Source of the DNA: a virus
Lineage: Duplodnaviria; Caudoviricetes
Virus record (IMG/VR): IMGVR_UViG_3300030376_002412
Coordinates: 1-48,199 of that record
DNA: 48,199 nucleotides
Direction: 5' to 3' (one strand)
The translations under genes were made by a program, and so were the position numbers. Below are positions 35,426 to 45,900 of this stretch, piece by piece; the stretch's first letter is position 1; the number at the start of each line of letters is the position of its first letter. The notes under the pieces were generated by a model that worked only from the letters and a program-made list of their open reading frames with translations, was not told where the DNA came from and did no database searches.

Positions 35426-37844
35426 CTTTAGTGGAGGTCTAAACGATTCTGCTGCTCGTAGGGATTTATTACCTAACGAGTTTGCTGTATTAGACGGACT
35501 AGATAATGAATATTTTGGAAAACTAGTACCATTAGGCGAACTTGCTGATAGAACTGTTAATAGTTTACCTACAAGTAATACAATAAAAGATGGTTCTGGA
35601 TTGTTGCATTTTAATTCTGATGTAAAAATTCACGATACTTCTGAGGTAGCTACAGAATATTTAGCATACCACGATGTAAATAACAAAGGTGTTAAATTTA
35701 TAGAACTAGGTACTAACACTGCTAGAAACACTGTACACGGAGGTACGGTTACAATTGGTGATAGTAGTTTTGCTGGTGAAGTAGATATGTTTGCATTAGA
35801 TGGCGATATAAGAGTATATGGAACACATACTCCATCAACTACTGCTAATACTTTTAGTCTTCCTAAGATAATACAAAGAATTAAATACGATAGAAATCTT
35901 GCAAGTGCAACTACATTACAAGTAATTAAAGATCAAGTATCTGCAAATGATATATTTTTATCACCTATTACTATTGGTAGTGCTGGTATTTATGATAATA
36001 CAATGATAGAAAAAGGTAAAACAGGTTCACCGTCTGCTAGTAATAATTCAGAATTATTTATGTTAGACGATGCTACGTTAAGTTTAGGTTATTATAGTGG
36101 AGCGTATAGTAGAGTAAACTTTACATCTACCTTACTAGGAAACATATTAAATAGTCACAATAGCGTATCTAGTACAAATTTTGGGGGAATGTCTTGTTTA
36201 GCATACTTCAATGGATCGCCAACATCTGCATCGCAAGATGAAGAAAGTACTATTGTAGTTTATAAAAGTACTTCTGGTAAAAAGTATGGATTGTGGGGTA
36301 CATTAATTTATGATAACAAACAAGAATCTGGACCTACTTATCTAGGAGATATTTACCAACCTACATTAACAGAAAACAAAGTAAGACAATTACATTTAGG
36401 TTTTGTTGGCAGACCTTCGCCTAAAGATAGAGTAACTGGATTTAAAGTGTATTGGGCTTTAATAGATAGTTATGCAGTAACTAACAATGAAGTTACAGGT
36501 GATATAGGACAGCGTTATTTATTAGCTGAAGTAAATTATGAAAAAGGTGTAAGACTAAATGGTGAATCTGGATTTACTAAATTTGGAATTGCAGGAATTG
36601 GATCTAGTGCCAAGAATCATTATGTATTTCCATCTACTGGATATGCTAATGCTTCTTATTTCGTAGGACAAGCAATGAGCGATTTAAGCATAGAAGAGCC
36701 ATTACTGTCCGAAAAACACTCAGCCATAGGTAGACCTAACACAGGCGGTAAAACGTCTACAGTGGTCAATAGAAAGCTTTATATAGGCAATGTACAATAT
36801 TATGATGATAATAATATAAGACAAACTGCTAATGATAGACTTATGAAGTCTAATGTAAATGATTTTGATTTTTTTGATGCTGAAAGTTTTATAGATGTAG
36901 AAGTAAATGACGGAGAAGATATTACTGTATTAGAAAACTTAGGCGGTAGATTGCTGCAATATAAACAAAATACATTATACATTATTAACGTAAGTAGAGA
37001 TATAGAATTTTTAGAAGGAACTTATGAACAAAGAGGTTGTTTAAAGCATTCGCATTTAGTTAAGGGAGAAGGTTTTGTATCATGGTTAAATAAATTTGGA
37101 TTGTTTATGTACGATGGTAGGCAACTTATTAACTTAATACAATCTAAACAAACAGGACAAAATAAGGTTGTTTGGTCTAATATATATAATGCAGATTTAA
37201 AGCTTTCCTATATACCAAACAAAGAACAATTAATTATATTTAAAAAAGCAACAAACGCAGAAGGTAAAAGTCAAATTATTTTATTTGATTTAAAATCAAT
37301 GTCATTTGTAAAAGAAACACAATCTGGTATAAACGGACAAAGTTATGAACCTTTTACTACTGATAATAGTACCAATGTAGTTCAGGATAATAACGGGGAA
37401 TTGTTAGTAATAGCAAGTAATAATTACGCATTAAAGAAATGGTCTGAATCTAGTGCTGCTAAAAAATATAAAGCAAATACAGTGTTGATGGAAACAAAAG
37501 AATTTACATTTAAAAAACCTAACACTCCTAAAAATTTAACTGCAGTATATGTTGCTGCTAGAAATGGAGACAATATTAAGGTGCAAGTAAGAGCGCATAC
37601 ATCTGGTTCTAACAACAAAGATGTCGTAGATCCTCACAGTAATGCAAGTAGTAACCTATTGCCAACAAGCGATGATATGTCTTACAAGAAGATTGTAGTA
37701 AATAATGCAAAATTAAAAACAGCTGCTAGTGAAAAAGTATATGGATATTCTGTTTTATTAACAGTAGTAGCTGACGGAGATGTGCAATCTGATTTTGAAT
37801 TAAATGATATACAATTAGTTTATAGAGAGATGGTAACAACATGA
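35397..37844 (+). CDS. Tail tubular/nozzle (stabilisation) protein
   Basis: LNNFSGGLN N-terminus, beta-propeller-like repeats and ETKEFTFKKPNTPK; likely start MAKK at 35397. Confidence 0.75.
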   Translation: MAKKILNLNNFSGGLNDSAARRDLLPNEFAVLDGLDNEYFGKLVPLGELADRTVNSLPTSNTIKDGSGLLHFNSDVKIHDTSEVATEYLAYHDVNNKGVKFIELGTNTARNTVHGGTVTIGDSSFAGEVDMFALDGDIRVYGTHTPSTTANTFSLPKIIQRIKYDRNLASATTLQVIKDQVSANDIFLSPITIGSAGIYDNTMIEKGKTGSPSASNNSELFMLDDATLSLGYYSGAYSRVNFTSTLLGNILNSHNSVSSTNFGGMSCLAYFNGSPTSASQDEESTIVVYKSTSGKKYGLWGTLIYDNKQESGPTYLGDIYQPTLTENKVRQLHLGFVGRPSPKDRVTGFKVYWALIDSYAVTNNEVTGDIGQRYLLAEVNYEKGVRLNGESGFTKFGIAGIGSSAKNHYVFPSTGYANASYFVGQAMSDLSIEEPLLSEKHSAIGRPNTGGKTSTVVNRKLYIGNVQYYDDNNIRQTANDRLMKSNVNDFDFFDAESFIDVEVNDGEDITVLENLGGRLLQYKQNTLYIINVSRDIEFLEGTYEQRGCLKHSHLVKGEGFVSWLNKFGLFMYDGRQLINLIQSKQTGQNKVVWSNIYNADLKLSYIPNKEQLIIFKKATNAEGKSQIILFDLKSMSFVKETQSGINGQSYEPFTTDNSTNVVQDNNGELLVIASNNYALKKWSESSAAKKYKANTVLMETKEFTFKKPNTPKNLTAVYVAARNGDNIKVQVRAHTSGSNNKDVVDPHSNASSNLLPTSDDMSYKKIVVNNAKLKTAASEKVYGYSVLLTVVADGDVQSDFELNDIQLVYREMVTT

Positions 37845-39583
37845 GCAGAAGAACAACTAGCACAATTTTAAACAATGTAGGCTTTAGCACTTTTTCTACT
37901 TTTAACAAATTAAGTTCTATTCCACCTAAGAACAATCAGGGGAATGTAGGTGATACTAGATTTGTTAGACAAGGATTAAAAATTTATACTTATGTTAAAA
38001 CAGAAAAAGGTTGGCAACGTAATGTATTTGAAAAAAATCCAACAGAAACTACTGCAACTACTAGTGAAACTCCAACAGGTACAGACGTTCCAACTATTAC
38101 ATCGTTTACAGCAGATTATACACAAGAATCTAGTGGTCCAGAAATTAAATTAGATTGGACATGGTCTAATGCTACTGGTATTACAGATCAAAAACTTAGA
38201 AGAAGAAAAAAAGCAGGTGGAACTAGTTTTTATGGAGATACTGTTATTTGGAATGGATCTAACTGGGTTGCAGATAGTACAAGCGTAGTTAGTTTTTCTG
38301 CAAACACTCCATTGACACACACAGATACCTCTACACACGGAGTAACAAATTCAGGACAACAAACACCTGATACTTTTTTATATACATTAGAAGCTTCTTA
38401 TGGAAGCAATACAGTAGGACCAGAAGCAGTAGAAGAACAAACAGGTACAGTTTTTGTTAGTACTTCTTACAGTCAAACAATAACATACACAGAAGATGGC
38501 ACTGGTACTTACAGTGGAGTGTCAGATGGAGATACTATTACTGCATATTGGTCTGATGGTAAATTAGTAGAATGTGCTTCTGCTTCAGCTACAGGTTCTA
38601 GTTTAGATATTACCGCAGGGAATGTTCCGTATACAGAATCTATTAATCAATTTAATATATATGGAGATTTTGCACAAACTGCGTTTGGTTTAAATAAAGC
38701 AATATTTACGAACACTGCACTAAATAGTGCTGTAAGCACAGGAACAAAATACACTAGAGAAGGGTTAGGTTTGTTTGGTAGTGAGCCAAGTATATATAAA
38801 ACAAATACAGGTGGAACTACTACATTTTATAGAGGAGCGTTTCCTAACGCTGTAACATCTATTGGTTTAAATGGAAGCGTAGGTACAACTACTATACCTT
38901 TACGCATTACAGCAAACACACAAGTAACAAGTAATTTTGTATTATATCAAAGACTACACGGAGGATCGTGGGATTCAGGAACTCCTGTTACGCCTTTTGC
39001 TAAAGGTTATGCTGCAAACACTGCTGTAAATACAGATATTACAGTATCCAATTTGCAACAATCACAACGTTATGATTTTAAAGTAGTAGCACAAGGATTA
39101 ACAGATAGTGCAGAAGTAGAAGTAAGTAATGCAAATTTAACTACTTCTGGTACTCCAAGCCCTACTGTAAATGTTAGTCCTTCTAGCGTACAACATAGTT
39201 CTTCTAATACTATAGGATATTATTATTCTGACGTAGTTACAGTTACAGTAACAAATGGTGTTGGAAGTATATTTATACAAGGAGTACCTGCTAGCAATAG
39301 TTATCATGTTCCTCAATATAGAGTAGCAAGCAGTGCTAATGATAAAATTACAAGTGGAGGTACTTGGACTACTGCAAGTATATATGCTTCAGATCAATCT
39401 TCTACTATAACACCAAGTAGTGGGACTGTATATGTTCAATTTAGAAGTCAATTAAGCTATAAAGCAGCAACAGATCAATATAGAGATGGGGTTGCAACAT
39501 TTAATTTTAGAGAAACAACTAGCAGTGGAACAAGTGTAGATTCCACAATAGCTGGTATAAGATGGTCACAATTACAGCCATAA
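37841..39583 (+). CDS. Ser/Thr-rich virion protein with FN3/Ig-like segments
   Basis: IKLDWT...YTLEA and VSNLQQSQRYDFKVVA patterns. Confidence 0.65.
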   Translation: MSRRTTSTILNNVGFSTFSTFNKLSSIPPKNNQGNVGDTRFVRQGLKIYTYVKTEKGWQRNVFEKNPTETTATTSETPTGTDVPTITSFTADYTQESSGPEIKLDWTWSNATGITDQKLRRRKKAGGTSFYGDTVIWNGSNWVADSTSVVSFSANTPLTHTDTSTHGVTNSGQQTPDTFLYTLEASYGSNTVGPEAVEEQTGTVFVSTSYSQTITYTEDGTGTYSGVSDGDTITAYWSDGKLVECASASATGSSLDITAGNVPYTESINQFNIYGDFAQTAFGLNKAIFTNTALNSAVSTGTKYTREGLGLFGSEPSIYKTNTGGTTTFYRGAFPNAVTSIGLNGSVGTTTIPLRITANTQVTSNFVLYQRLHGGSWDSGTPVTPFAKGYAANTAVNTDITVSNLQQSQRYDFKVVAQGLTDSAEVEVSNANLTTSGTPSPTVNVSPSSVQHSSSNTIGYYYSDVVTVTVTNGVGSIFIQGVPASNSYHVPQYRVASSANDKITSGGTWTTASIYASDQSSTITPSSGTVYVQFRSQLSYKAATDQYRDGVATFNFRETTSSGTSVDSTIAGIRWSQLQP

Positions 39584-39592
39584 GGAGAAATT

Positions 39593-40279
39593 ATGAATAT
39601 TAATTCAAAGTTAAGCGTTTATCAGGCACAAGCAGGAGCTGAAGTATCTGTAGATAAAGCAGAAGCTGATTCAGAATACAGAGATAGTTTATTAGGTAAA
39701 ACAATGTATTATGGAACTGCAGCTATGTCTGGATATACTATGGGTAACGAATTAGCAAAAACTATGCAACCCATGATAGACAATATGAAAGTTAGAAGAC
39801 AAGCAAGAAAAGATTATACTAGTAACGTTAAAATGTTTGATGGCGTACAAGTACAAGAAAGATTTGATAGTTTTAGAGATTTTTATAAACAAACAGTTAA
39901 AGAACCAGCTAAACAAGCTATGGTAGGAACTGGTCCTGTAGGAAGAATTTCTGATACAGATGGAACTACAATTATGAAACCAGGAGAAAGGACTTCTAGT
40001 AGAGCAGCAGACAAAGCTACGGTTAAAGCTTTTTATTTAAATTCCGTAACTAACTACGAGCCTACTGGTGAAAAAGATGCAGATGGTAATATGTCTTATA
40101 TGCAAACAACTACACCTCAACACGCATCTAGGTTTTTTCCTAAACCTCAAATGACACCTTTTTTTGATTATCAAAATAATCCAAACTTATTAAGTGCTTT
40201 GACTAAACCTATAACTCAAGAAGAATATGATGAAGCTGAAGAAAATAGTAGATTTATTGGTGAATCAATTTCAATGTAA
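39593..40279 (+). CDS. Hypothetical, probable internal virion protein
   Basis: AAGGAG RBS; position between tail and ejection genes. Confidence 0.6.
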   Translation: MNINSKLSVYQAQAGAEVSVDKAEADSEYRDSLLGKTMYYGTAAMSGYTMGNELAKTMQPMIDNMKVRRQARKDYTSNVKMFDGVQVQERFDSFRDFYKQTVKEPAKQAMVGTGPVGRISDTDGTTIMKPGERTSSRAADKATVKAFYLNSVTNYEPTGEKDADGNMSYMQTTTPQHASRFFPKPQMTPFFDYQNNPNLLSALTKPITQEEYDEAEENSRFIGESISM

Positions 40280-40289
40280 GGAAAATAAT

Positions 40290-40775
40290 ATGAATGAATT
40301 TGAAAAAAAAGTATACGATCATATGAAACTTCGTGAAGGATATAAGAACGAAGTATATTTAGATACGTTAGATAAACCTACTTGCGGTATTGGTCATTTA
40401 TTAACTGCAGCAGAACGTGAAGATTATCCTGTAGGCACTGAAGTAGATGATTATAAAATTAAAGAATGGTATATGGAAGATATTACTACTGCTATGGAAG
40501 CAGCAGATAAGCAAGCAAGCATACTATCTACAGATAATGAATCTGTGAAAATAGCGTTAGTTTCAGTAAATTACCAATTAGGTACTAGCTGGACTAGAAA
40601 GTTTCCTACTGCTTGGAAATGTTTATGTCATCAGGAGTATGATCGTGCTATAGATGAAATAATGTATGCAGATAAAAAAGCAGATAGATATTCACGTTGG
40701 TATAAACAAACACCAGTTCGTGTAGAAGATTTTGTAAAAGCAATTAATAAATTAAAGGAGATACATAATGGCTAA
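40290..40775 (+). CDS. T4-type lysozyme (GH24)
   Basis: EG...YLDTLDKPTCGIGH (E-x8-D-x5-T) and SRWYKQTPVR; likely start 40290. Confidence 0.88.
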   Translation: MNEFEKKVYDHMKLREGYKNEVYLDTLDKPTCGIGHLLTAAEREDYPVGTEVDDYKIKEWYMEDITTAMEAADKQASILSTDNESVKIALVSVNYQLGTSWTRKFPTAWKCLCHQEYDRAIDEIMYADKKADRYSRWYKQTPVRVEDFVKAINKLKEIHNG

Positions 40776-40944
40776 AAAAAATATAGTCAGTCCAAATAGG
40801 CAGCAACCGCCTATGGCTAAGAATATAGACGATGAAGTAACGCAAGGAAAACGTGAAGCTAATTTAGAATATGCTCCACATTTCAATGAATACAATTGGT
40901 TGAAAGCTGTATCACCTAATTTAGTAGTAAAGATAAAGGAGTAA
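40768..40944 (+). CDS. Hypothetical protein (58 aa)
   Basis: AAGGAG RBS; fills the gap; absent from the track. Confidence 0.65.
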   Translation: MAKKNIVSPNRQQPPMAKNIDDEVTQGKREANLEYAPHFNEYNWLKAVSPNLVVKIKE

Positions 40945-40947
40945 CGT

Positions 40948-41436
40948 ATGTCGTTTGCAATAGTAGCAGGATTAATTGGAGCAGCAGCCACTACCTCAGC
41001 TGCGAGCAAAGCAAGAGAAGAGGGTAGAAGAAGACGTGGTGTTTTAAAAAGTGTGTTTGGAGATTTACAAAGCAATGCTATTGGTTTATTACCAGCAGTA
41101 CAAGAAAATGAAATACAACGACTTGAAACTCAAGGGGATAGATTTGATTTAGCTACAGATTCTAGAATAAATCAATACAATGCATTAGAAAATAAAATGG
41201 GACAAACAGGTTTTGCAGGATTAGGTACAAATGTTATGGACCCTACAAAAGCATTCACAGGATTAGACTTAGCATATCAAGCTTCTAATCGACAAATACA
41301 AGAACAAAAAGGTATGGAGTTAGACGCAATACAAAAAACTTACTACAACGCTGCATCGCAAGCTGCACAAGGTGGTGCTGTATTGTCTACAGATTTTAAT
41401 CAAGCAGTTAAAGACCAATATGGAGGGAACGTATAA
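40948..41436 (+). CDS. Small ejection (internal virion) protein, putative
   Basis: N-terminal MSFAIVAGLIGAAATT; first of a small/medium/giant triad. Confidence 0.6.
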   Translation: MSFAIVAGLIGAAATTSAASKAREEGRRRRGVLKSVFGDLQSNAIGLLPAVQENEIQRLETQGDRFDLATDSRINQYNALENKMGQTGFAGLGTNVMDPTKAFTGLDLAYQASNRQIQEQKGMELDAIQKTYYNAASQAAQGGAVLSTDFNQAVKDQYGGNV

Positions 41437-42977
41437 TGGCTAGTTATGAAACTGAATTTTTGCAAGCATTAAACATGGCATCACAAAGTGCTACTGGATT
41501 ACTTAAATCTATTAGGGAACCAGATTATGAAACAAAACTTGCATTAGAAACGCAAAAAAGAAAAGAACTAATGGCACTAGAACAAGACTATGCTATGGAA
41601 AGATTAGATACAACAGGAGAGCAGAAAATAGAGGAATTAGGAATTACTACTGGATCTGCAGAAGATATTGCTGGAATGAAGATTGCTTCTGATCAAACAA
41701 TTACCGATAAAAACATACAAGCTGATAAAGAAAATTTAGCTACAAGCATTGCAGGTAATTTAGATTTAGCTAATAAAAATAATCAAGCAATGTTCGAACG
41801 TTTAGAACTTACTACAGATACTCAAAAAGATATGCAATTGATACAAATTGGTGCTAATAAAGAGAGTCAAGAATCTTCTCAAGCTTTTGAGAAAATGATG
41901 CAAGACGATCGACAAGAGTTTAAGTTTGGTTTTCAAGAAAAAGAAAATAATTTTACATTAAGTAGAGATTTAACTTTGCATGGATATGCTTTAAAACAAA
42001 TGGAAAAAGGGCATTCTTATGATATTGATTTGTCTAATAATAATCACACTAATAAAATAGCACAAATGCGAGAACAAAAAGTAATATCACAAGATATGCA
42101 AATTTTTATGACTACAGAATTACCAAAATATCAAAGACAAAATGCAGAAGAACAACAAAAGTGGTTAGGCGAAAAAATAAAATGGTATAAAAATGGTAAT
42201 GGTACTGGCGCTTTTGAAATGAAAACAAGAGCTGAAGTATATATGTTAGCGCAAAATAAATTAGGACAAGCACAAGCAGAAGATAATTTTAATTGGCAAA
42301 AAGGAAAAGGTTTTGACAATTTTATAGCTAGTGGTACTAACGGATTTATTACTATGAGCGGTACTGGTATGCAAATGAAACAAGATATTCAAAATCAAAA
42401 ATATCAACAAAGAGCGTTTGATTTTAACTCAAATTTAGCAGATCAACAGTTTAATATAAATTTAGGTCAAAGACTTACAACAGATGCAATGTTTAACAAT
42501 GTAAGCGATGGAACTAAAAATTCTATAATGACTGCTGTAAATGGACAATCTGGTTTATACGGCAATTTAAATTTAGACAATCCAGCTAATCATAAAGCTG
42601 TACATGAATATCAAAGTTTTCAAGCAGAATCTGCTATAGGAGCTTTGAATTTACGTATGGATGATTTTAATATGCCAGATCAACCTAGTACTTTATTTAG
42701 AGGTAAAAAAGCACACAAACAATATCTTACGCAAGGTACTAATACTTACAATGACTTATCTGCAAATCTTTTAAAACGTTCTGAAATGTTAGCTGGAATT
42801 GGATTAGACAATGCTAGCAAGACTTATAAAAAAGAACTTAAACAAGATTTGTTAAAAGGAATTAAGCTTGGAGATCGTTTAATCAGTTCATCTACGAAAG
42901 TAGGGGGAGAAGAAGGTTTAATAACTGGATTAAAAGAAAGAAGAGAAATACTACAAGCATACTACGACCAGTTATAA
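41436..42977 (+). CDS. Medium ejection protein, helical and Gln-rich, putative
   Basis: Coupled between the small ejection gene and the giant gene. Confidence 0.6.
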   Translation: MASYETEFLQALNMASQSATGLLKSIREPDYETKLALETQKRKELMALEQDYAMERLDTTGEQKIEELGITTGSAEDIAGMKIASDQTITDKNIQADKENLATSIAGNLDLANKNNQAMFERLELTTDTQKDMQLIQIGANKESQESSQAFEKMMQDDRQEFKFGFQEKENNFTLSRDLTLHGYALKQMEKGHSYDIDLSNNNHTNKIAQMREQKVISQDMQIFMTTELPKYQRQNAEEQQKWLGEKIKWYKNGNGTGAFEMKTRAEVYMLAQNKLGQAQAEDNFNWQKGKGFDNFIASGTNGFITMSGTGMQMKQDIQNQKYQQRAFDFNSNLADQQFNINLGQRLTTDAMFNNVSDGTKNSIMTAVNGQSGLYGNLNLDNPANHKAVHEYQSFQAESAIGALNLRMDDFNMPDQPSTLFRGKKAHKQYLTQGTNTYNDLSANLLKRSEMLAGIGLDNASKTYKKELKQDLLKGIKLGDRLISSSTKVGGEEGLITGLKERREILQAYYDQL

Positions 42978-42978
42978 T

Positions 42979-45900
42979 ATGGGATTAGATAGAAGAATAC
43001 AGATACTTGAGTCTGCTTTCAATGCAGGTCAATTAGATGAAATGCAGTATGCATTAGGTCTAAAAAAGTTTTATGACCGTATACCTAAGCAATTTGACGC
43101 ACGTAGTTTGCGTTATATGGAATCAAAACTAGTTGATGCAGGCTTACCCCTTACTGATGGAAGACAAGGTCAAACTGACGGAGTTCTTGCACAGATTACA
43201 TCTGGACTATTAGAAGGTTTTACAACCTTTGGTTTTGCAGATGAACCTGATACGTCTACCGAAAAAATAGCAAACTCATTATCTCATCTTGTAGGACTAG
43301 CACCAGGTGTTGTAGTACAAGCATTATCTGGAGGTGGTGCTGCAACAGCATTAGTAGCTAGAGGAATGCGTAGACAAGCTAAAGCTAGAGGCGTTAAGCA
43401 ATTTGAAGCAGTAGCTGATCGTTTAGAAAGCGTAGGAGAATCTTTACAATACTCTAACAATAAAGTAGCAAGAGCTATGCACGATGTTACTACCAAACTA
43501 CCTGGAGGTAAAGCATTACGTAGTCCACAACCTATTGGCGTAGATATTAAAACAGGTGAAAAATTATACGGTATGCAGTCTGTACCTGGTATAGTTGCTA
43601 ACTTTGTACAAAAACAAAGTACAAGTTTTTTAAAAGACAATAATATTAAAGCAGCAGAATTTATACACAAAGGTGTATTTAAAAATAGATTCATGGATGC
43701 TGCTACTCGTGACAACATTGTTAATCAATCTGTACACTTAGGATTATTGTTAGGTGCTTCTGCTAGAGAACAAGGCTTAGCAGGTATGGGACAAGCAGCA
43801 GTACAAGGTGCTATTGCAGGGGGTATATTTGGAGGTATAGGTGAATATGCAAACATAGGTAGAATGTTAGCTAGTAAAAATGTTGGAATTAGAACTGCTG
43901 GAGAGAAAGTAGTTAGAGGATTTGCTAAAGCATTAAAAGAACAACCTAATCGTAGAGATCAATTTGAAACTATAAACTTTCTCATGAAAGGTACAGCAGG
44001 TGCAGCGTATGGTACTACTACTGCTAAACTGCACGATATGCCTTTAGAAGACCAAATATATGAAACATTAATGGCTGTGTTCTTTAGTGTAAATAGTAGA
44101 GCTGCATTTGAAAATAGAGCTACTAGAGATATATTTAGTTCTGACAAAGTGATACCTAGAGATTTTAAAATGAAGGAAGCACGTAAATGGATTACTGAAC
44201 AACCGTGGTATCAAGCAGAAACTCCTGAATATCAAGCATACTGGAGCAGGTATTTAAAAGACATACAACGTCAACAAATGGATTATGTTGTTAATAACTA
44301 CAATGATATTATTGTAGCATTAGCTCCTGAGTATAGAGATTTAAAAGAACAGGGTTTCATTACACCTGAAATGGAAACAAGAGCTAGAACAGATAATAAA
44401 ACCAGAGAAACTATATTAGAAAAATTATATGAAGCAGCTGAAAAAGCAGAAAGAAAACACGAAGATACTTTTAATATAGATGAAGTAGAACGTAGAGTAG
44501 AAGAAAAAGAATTTGAATTTAGTTCTATGGAAATGGACAAAGAAGTTAAACACATAGAACAAGATACATCTATTGCTAGTGAATATTTACCAAAACAACG
44601 TACACTAAAAAACATATTTGTAGATATTAAAAAAGTTGGTGACAAAACTTCTAAAGATTTAGATCCACAAGAGTTGCATCAAATGTTTAAGAAGTTAGCT
44701 ATTGATACAAACTTTACTCCTGATAATTTTATTAAAGAAGTAGAAGGTAAATTTAAAATTAAAGTTAGCGAAGAACAGAAAATGGATTTGGTTCAAGCTA
44801 TACATAAATATAAACATTTAGATAAGTTTAAAATATCTAGAATATATTTAGTACCAGAAGAGGGTAAGGGCAGATTAAAAAGACGTAAAACAGAAGAGCC
44901 CGTATTTGAGGAAGAAGCACCAGAAGTAGACATATACAACAAACCTATAGGCGGTAAAAAGTCGGGTACTAAATCAGACCAAGGTAGTCGTTTAAATAAA
45001 ATATATGCTAAAGATGATAAACAATTACATTTGGATATAGACTATTTAACTACTGTAGTATCACAACGATATTATGATGCAGTAGAAGGTAAATATAAAC
45101 CAGGTGCTAAAATTAAAAATGTGTCACCTTTGTCTATAGATATATTTGCATTTTCTAAAGATACTAAAGATCCTATCAGTGCTGTAAGAAATATGTCTAA
45201 AAAACAATTAGACCAATTAAGAAATAATTTAGAAGAGAAAGAAGGGCTGTATATACACGCAGCAGTTAGTGACACTGGTAGATTGCAAGTAAGACAATTC
45301 CCTTGGAGCAGTAGAAAGAATGAAACTAATTATATATCTGACAAAGAATTAAAAAAAATAGATAGAACTATTAGAAAAGAATTAGGCGGCACTGATGCTA
45401 AAAAATATAAATCTAATGTTGGATTTGTTATTTGGCGTATGAAAGAAATGAATTTAATAGATGCTAAATACACAGCACAAGACATTATAGATACATTGCC
45501 TACTTATTTTAAAACAGAACCTTATACTGATGTTACAAAAATGCAAAAGTATACTAAGCATATGTCTGGTATTGAAGTACCTATAGATAATCAATACATT
45601 AAAGATGAATATACACACGCTTTGATAAAAGATTTACCTGGTAGTATTAAAAATATGGGGCCTGAAATGGAAGCATTTAACTCAGGTACTGATGGTGCTA
45701 GTATGTTACGAGGTGAAAAATTTGACAGATTAGCAAAAGCGTATGGATTAGATCCTGAAACTGGTGTTATAAAAACTATACATATACACAGACCTGGTGA
45801 GTTTACTAACGGGAATAAACGTGGTACAACTATTATTAAAACTGCTACATTTAGAATGGACCCTAAGTGGGAAGCTTTGTTAGATAGAACAGAAGCAGGT

